A DNA stretch of 36,978 nt from a virus. Its lineage: Duplodnaviria > Caudoviricetes. A program made the translations under genes and the position numbers. The stretch spans positions 1-36,978 of the IMG/VR virus record IMGVR_UViG_3300048576_000525. One strand, given 5' to 3'. This document shows positions 32,868 to 36,978 of the stretch, piece after piece. The notes under the pieces are model-generated. The model was given only the letters and a program-made list of their open reading frames with translations, did no database searches and was not told the DNA's origin. Position 1 is the stretch's first letter; each line of letters starts with the position of its first letter.

Positions 32868-35552
32868 ATGGCTCCCGAAACCGAGGCTCAGACGCGCCGG
32901 AAGCGCATCGATCCCCTGCTGAGGCAACTTGGCTGGGAGATCGTGCCCTTCGGGCCCGGCCTCGATCCAGCCATGCTCCAGCGCCATGCCGTCACGGAGC
33001 ACCCCACCAGTAGCGGCCCCTCCGACTACGTGCTCTTCGTGAAGGGCAAGCCCCTCGGGGCCCTAGAGGCGAAGAAGTTGGAAGTCGGCTCCGAAGGCGT
33101 GCTGGTCCAGGCGCAGCGCTATTCGCGAGACATCGAGACCGGGGCTGGGAACTGGAATGGCTACCGGATTCCCTTCCTGTACGCGAGTAATGGGGAGCAG
33201 CATTGGTTCGCGGATGTACGCCGGGAGAACTACGCCTCTCGCCAACTCGCAGGCGGCCTCCACGCACCCGAGGCCCTGGCGGACATGTTCAGCGCCGATC
33301 CCGGAAAGGCTTTCGCGTGGTTCAGGTCACACCCCACCACCGAGATCTCGCGGCTGCGGGACTACCAGCGCGAGGCCATCACCAAGGTGGAAGAGGCCCT
33401 CGCCAAGCACCGTCGGGACCTGATGCTCGCCATGGCCACGGGCACCGGGAAGACCTTCACCATCGCGGCCCTGGTCTATCGCCTGTTGGCTTCTGGCTTT
33501 GCCAAACGGGTTCTCTTCCTGGTGGACCGCAAGGCCCTGGCGGCCCAGGCCGTGCGCGAATTGGCCAGCTTCGATACGCCCCACAACCGGAAGTTCAACA
33601 CCGAGTACGAGGTCTACAGCCAGCGCTTCAAGCGCGAGGACTTCGGGGACGAGGATCCCTTCGATCCCAAGGTCCTGCCCGAGTCCTACCTGACGAAGCC
33701 CGACGGGGCCCAGACCTTCGTCTACGTGAGCACCATCCAGCGCATGGCCCTGAACCTATTCGGGAAGGGCTTCGGGGCCGAGGATGATGCGGAGGATGAG
33801 GAAGATGCCAACACTCTCGACATCCCCATCCACGCCTTCGACCTGATCATCGCGGACGAGTGCCACCGGGGCTACACGCTCCAGGACCAGCAGGTTTGGC
33901 GCGAGACGCTGAATCACTTCGATGCCGTGAAGCTCGGCCTCACCGCCACGCCCGCCAAGCACACCACCGCCATCTTCGGCAGCCCCGTCTTCACCTACGG
34001 CATGCAGCAGGCCATCGACGCGGGCTACCTGGTGGACTTCGACCAGGTGAACATCGACTCCCAGGTGCGGCTGCAAGGCGTGCCCGTGAAGGAGGGCGAG
34101 CAGATCGTCTCCGTGGACCGCGAAACGGGCGAACAGGTGGTGGACGAAGCCGCCGCCACCATGCTGTTCCCGGTGACCGAGACCGAACGGGATATCACGG
34201 CCCCCGACAGCAACCGCAAGATCGTTGAAGAAGTCGCGAAGGTCGCCCTGGCCCACGAGCAGGAGCATGGCCGCTTCCCCAAGATCCTCTTTTTCGCGGT
34301 CAACGACCTGCCCCATGTCAGCCACGCCGACCAGCTCGTGCGGGCCTGCCGCGAGATCTTCGGCCGGGGCGATGAATTCGTCCAGAAGATCACCGGCAGC
34401 AAGACCGTGGACCGGCCCCTCCAGCGCATCCGCGAGTTCCGCAACCGGCCCAAGCCCATGGTGGCCGTCACGGTGGACCTGCTCAGCACGGGCGTGGACA
34501 TCCCCGACCTGGAGTTCATCGTCTTCCTGCGGCCCGTGCAGTCACCCATCCTCTGGACCCAGATGATCGGGCGCGGCACGCGCCGCTCCCCGAACTTCAA
34601 GAAGGACCGCTTCCTGGTTTTCGATTGCTTCAACGGCACCCTGGTGGACCGATTCAAGGACCTGAAGGACTTCGGCGAAATGAAGACCAAAGCCCGCACG
34701 CAGTCCAACAAGGAACTGATCGAAACCATCTGGACTTCCAAGGGATGGCAGCAGGACGAGGCCCTGCGCAAGCTCGCCCAGCGCCTGAAAGGCATCGACG
34801 AGAAGATGAGCGGCCAAGCCCGCCAGGACTTCGCGGCCCACGTCGAGGGGGGCAACCTCAAGGCCTTCGCCCTGGCCCTGCCTCAGAAGCTCAAGGATGA
34901 CTTCCTGGGCACCATGGCCACCCTGCGCAAGCCCGAATTCCAGGACCTCCTGGAGAACTTTGATCGGGCCAAGGAGGACTTCCTCATCGCCCCCATGGTC
35001 GAAGACACCGTGGCCTCCGAAATGCGTTTCCGCCGGGGCCAGGACTACCTGCCCGCCGGGGACTACCTCATGGCCTTCTCTGCCTGGGTGGAGGGCCACA
35101 AGGACGCCATCGAGGCCATGCGCATCCTCCTCCAGAAGCCCCAGGACTGGTCGCCCAAGGCCCTCAAGGAACTGAAGGAAGCCCTGCAAGGGGGCCACTT
35201 CGAGGTGGGGCCGTTGCAGAAGGCCCACGCCCTGGTGCACCACAAGGATCTGGCGGACATCCTCTCCATGGTGAAGCACGCCGTGCGCGAGGAAGAGCCG
35301 CTGCTCACCGCCGCCGAGCGCGTGGACCGGGCCCTTGCCGCCCTCATGGCCGGAAAGAGCTTCAACCAGGAACAGAAGGCCTGGCTCGGCTACCTGCGTG
35401 AGCACCTGGTGGCCAACCTCAGCCTGGATCCCGAGGATTTCGATCTGGCCCCGGCCCTGGAGAACCACGGCGGCCTCAGCCGGGCCCGGAAGGTCTTCGG
35501 CTCGCAGCTTGATAGCCTGATCCAGGATCTGAACGCCGCCTGCGCGGCTTGA
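32868..35552 (+). CDS. hsdR: Type I restriction enzyme R subunit (EcoAI/EcoEI-like)
   Basis: EAQTRRKRID..L...GW, SDYVL..LEAKK nuclease, MATGTGKT, IIADECHRG, GLTATP, QMIGRGTR; start at ATG 32868. Confidence 0.95.
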   Translation: MAPETEAQTRRKRIDPLLRQLGWEIVPFGPGLDPAMLQRHAVTEHPTSSGPSDYVLFVKGKPLGALEAKKLEVGSEGVLVQAQRYSRDIETGAGNWNGYRIPFLYASNGEQHWFADVRRENYASRQLAGGLHAPEALADMFSADPGKAFAWFRSHPTTEISRLRDYQREAITKVEEALAKHRRDLMLAMATGTGKTFTIAALVYRLLASGFAKRVLFLVDRKALAAQAVRELASFDTPHNRKFNTEYEVYSQRFKREDFGDEDPFDPKVLPESYLTKPDGAQTFVYVSTIQRMALNLFGKGFGAEDDAEDEEDANTLDIPIHAFDLIIADECHRGYTLQDQQVWRETLNHFDAVKLGLTATPAKHTTAIFGSPVFTYGMQQAIDAGYLVDFDQVNIDSQVRLQGVPVKEGEQIVSVDRETGEQVVDEAAATMLFPVTETERDITAPDSNRKIVEEVAKVALAHEQEHGRFPKILFFAVNDLPHVSHADQLVRACREIFGRGDEFVQKITGSKTVDRPLQRIREFRNRPKPMVAVTVDLLSTGVDIPDLEFIVFLRPVQSPILWTQMIGRGTRRSPNFKKDRFLVFDCFNGTLVDRFKDLKDFGEMKTKARTQSNKELIETIWTSKGWQQDEALRKLAQRLKGIDEKMSGQARQDFAAHVEGGNLKAFALALPQKLKDDFLGTMATLRKPEFQDLLENFDRAKEDFLIAPMVEDTVASEMRFRRGQDYLPAGDYLMAFSAWVEGHKDAIEAMRILLQKPQDWSPKALKELKEALQGGHFEVGPLQKAHALVHHKDLADILSMVKHAVREEEPLLTAAERVDRALAALMAGKSFNQEQKAWLGYLREHLVANLSLDPEDFDLAPALENHGGLSRARKVFGSQLDSLIQDLNAACAA

Positions 35553-35562
35553 GGGGAAGCCA

Positions 35563-36978
35563 TTGGCCGACATCGTCAACAAGCTCTGGGGCTTCTGCCA
35601 CACCCTGCGCCACGACGGCGTGGACTACGGCGACTACATCGAACAACTCACCTACCTGCTCTTCCTCAAGATGGCGGACGAGAAGGATGTGAAGGTGCCT
35701 TCAGGTTGCTCCTGGGACCACCTGAAGCCCCTCAGCGGCCAGACGCTGTTGGATGCCTACACGGACGCCCTGCGCAAGCTGCGCGGCGAGAAGGGCCTGC
35801 TGGGCGATATCTTCGCGGGGGCCGAGAGCCGCTTCGGAAATCCTGTGAACCTGAAGAAGCTCATCGCCCTCATCGACGAGGAGGAGTGGACGTCCTTGGG
35901 CCTGGACGTGAAGGGGGCCGCCTTCGAGGGCTTGTTGGAGAAGGCCGCCAGCGAAGGGAAGAAGGGCGCGGGGCAGTACTTCACACCGCGCTACCTCATC
36001 GAGAGCATCGTGAACGTCATGAAGCCCGACCCAAGGGGCCGCGAGGACTTCCGCATCATGGATCCCGCCTGCGGCACCGGCGGCTTCCTCATGAAGGCCT
36101 ACGAGTGGCTGGTGGCCCCTGGCCAAAAGGCCCTGGAGCGCGACGAGATCAGGCGCATCAAGACCCAGACCTACTACGGCCAGGAACTGGTGCCCCGGCC
36201 CCGCCGCCTGGCCCTCATGAACCTCTACCTCCACGGCCTCACGCCCACCATCTACCTGGGCGACACGCTCTACGAGGCCGACCGGAACGAGCGCTACGAC
36301 GTGATCCTCACCAATCCGCCCTTCGGGACGAAGGGCGCGAACGCAGCCCCCGAGCGCGACGACTTCACCATCGAGACCAGCAACAAGCAGTTGAACTTCG
36401 TCCAGCACGTCCACACCGTCCTGGAAAAGGGCGGCCGGGCCGCCATGGTGCTGCCCGACAACTGCCTCTTCGAGAACAAGGCGGGCGAGGTCTTCAAGGA
36501 CCTCATGGCCACCTGCAACGTGCACACGGTCCTGCGCCTGCCCCGGGGCACCTTCACTCCCTACAGCCAGGGCGTGAAGGCCAACGTGGTCTTCTTCCAG
36601 AAGGGCCTGCCCACCGAAGCCGTGTGGATCTTCGACGGGCGCAGCAACGTCCCCGGCATCACCAAGAAGGAGCGGCCCCTCAGCCCCAAGCACTTCGAGG
36701 AGTTCGAAGCTTGCTATGGCACGGACCCCAACGGACGCGGCAAGCGTGAGGACCAAGGCGAAGCGGGCCGCTGGCGGAAGTTCCACATCAGCGACATCCA
36801 GGCCCGCGACTACAAGCTCGACCTCACCTGGCTCAAGGACGAAAGCCTGGATGATCCCGATGAACTCCCCGAGCCCCAGGACCTCGCGGTCGAGGCCATC
36901 AGCGAACTGGAAGCCATCGTGGACGACCTCAAGGACATCGTCGCCCTGCTGGAGCGGGAAGAGGGTGTGGAGGCATGA
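35563..36978 (+). CDS. hsdM: Type I restriction-modification methyltransferase M subunit
   Basis: GAGQYFTPR, DPACGTGGFL, TNPPFG; ends in GGAGG..ATGA, suggesting a coupled hsdS start at 36975. Confidence 0.96.
   Translation: MADIVNKLWGFCHTLRHDGVDYGDYIEQLTYLLFLKMADEKDVKVPSGCSWDHLKPLSGQTLLDAYTDALRKLRGEKGLLGDIFAGAESRFGNPVNLKKLIALIDEEEWTSLGLDVKGAAFEGLLEKAASEGKKGAGQYFTPRYLIESIVNVMKPDPRGREDFRIMDPACGTGGFLMKAYEWLVAPGQKALERDEIRRIKTQTYYGQELVPRPRRLALMNLYLHGLTPTIYLGDTLYEADRNERYDVILTNPPFGTKGANAAPERDDFTIETSNKQLNFVQHVHTVLEKGGRAAMVLPDNCLFENKAGEVFKDLMATCNVHTVLRLPRGTFTPYSQGVKANVVFFQKGLPTEAVWIFDGRSNVPGITKKERPLSPKHFEEFEACYGTDPNGRGKREDQGEAGRWRKFHISDIQARDYKLDLTWLKDESLDDPDELPEPQDLAVEAISELEAIVDDLKDIVALLEREEGVEA

Overview
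High-GC window. About 32.4 kb (1-32364) is the right-hand part of a lambda-like, cos-type siphovirus prophage, with nearly all genes on the minus strand. From left to right it carries the tail tip, tape measure, G/GT chaperone with a -1 frameshift, tail tube, head-tail genes, a fused protease-capsid gene and a lambda-type portal. A lysis cassette is wedged between portal/gpW and TerL, followed by TerL/TerS, a lambda-like cos, VRR-NUC, an iteron origin, a TOPRIM-SF3 primase-helicase, early accessory genes, SSB/Sak4/Gp157, xis/cro, repressor and a tyrosine integrase. The prophage ends at the 3' half of a CAT-anticodon tRNA (att core). After it come 190-bp tRNA-3'-end tandem repeats and a type I restriction-modification operon (hsdR, hsdM, probably the start of hsdS). 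The most striking element is at 22570-23570, inside the phage early operon: an attI-like site followed by three integron cassettes with attC sites and no integron integrase. All cassette genes are antisense to the normal cassette direction, so they are co-oriented with the phage operon. Two of them have their RBS and start codon inside the attC loop and their stop codon in the recombination core. Other notable items are a C5 DNA methyltransferase split over two overlapping frames, a candidate single-chain spanin with a C-terminal beta-signal, and a face-to-face promoter switch. All family assignments come from motif recognition by eye; no searches were run.
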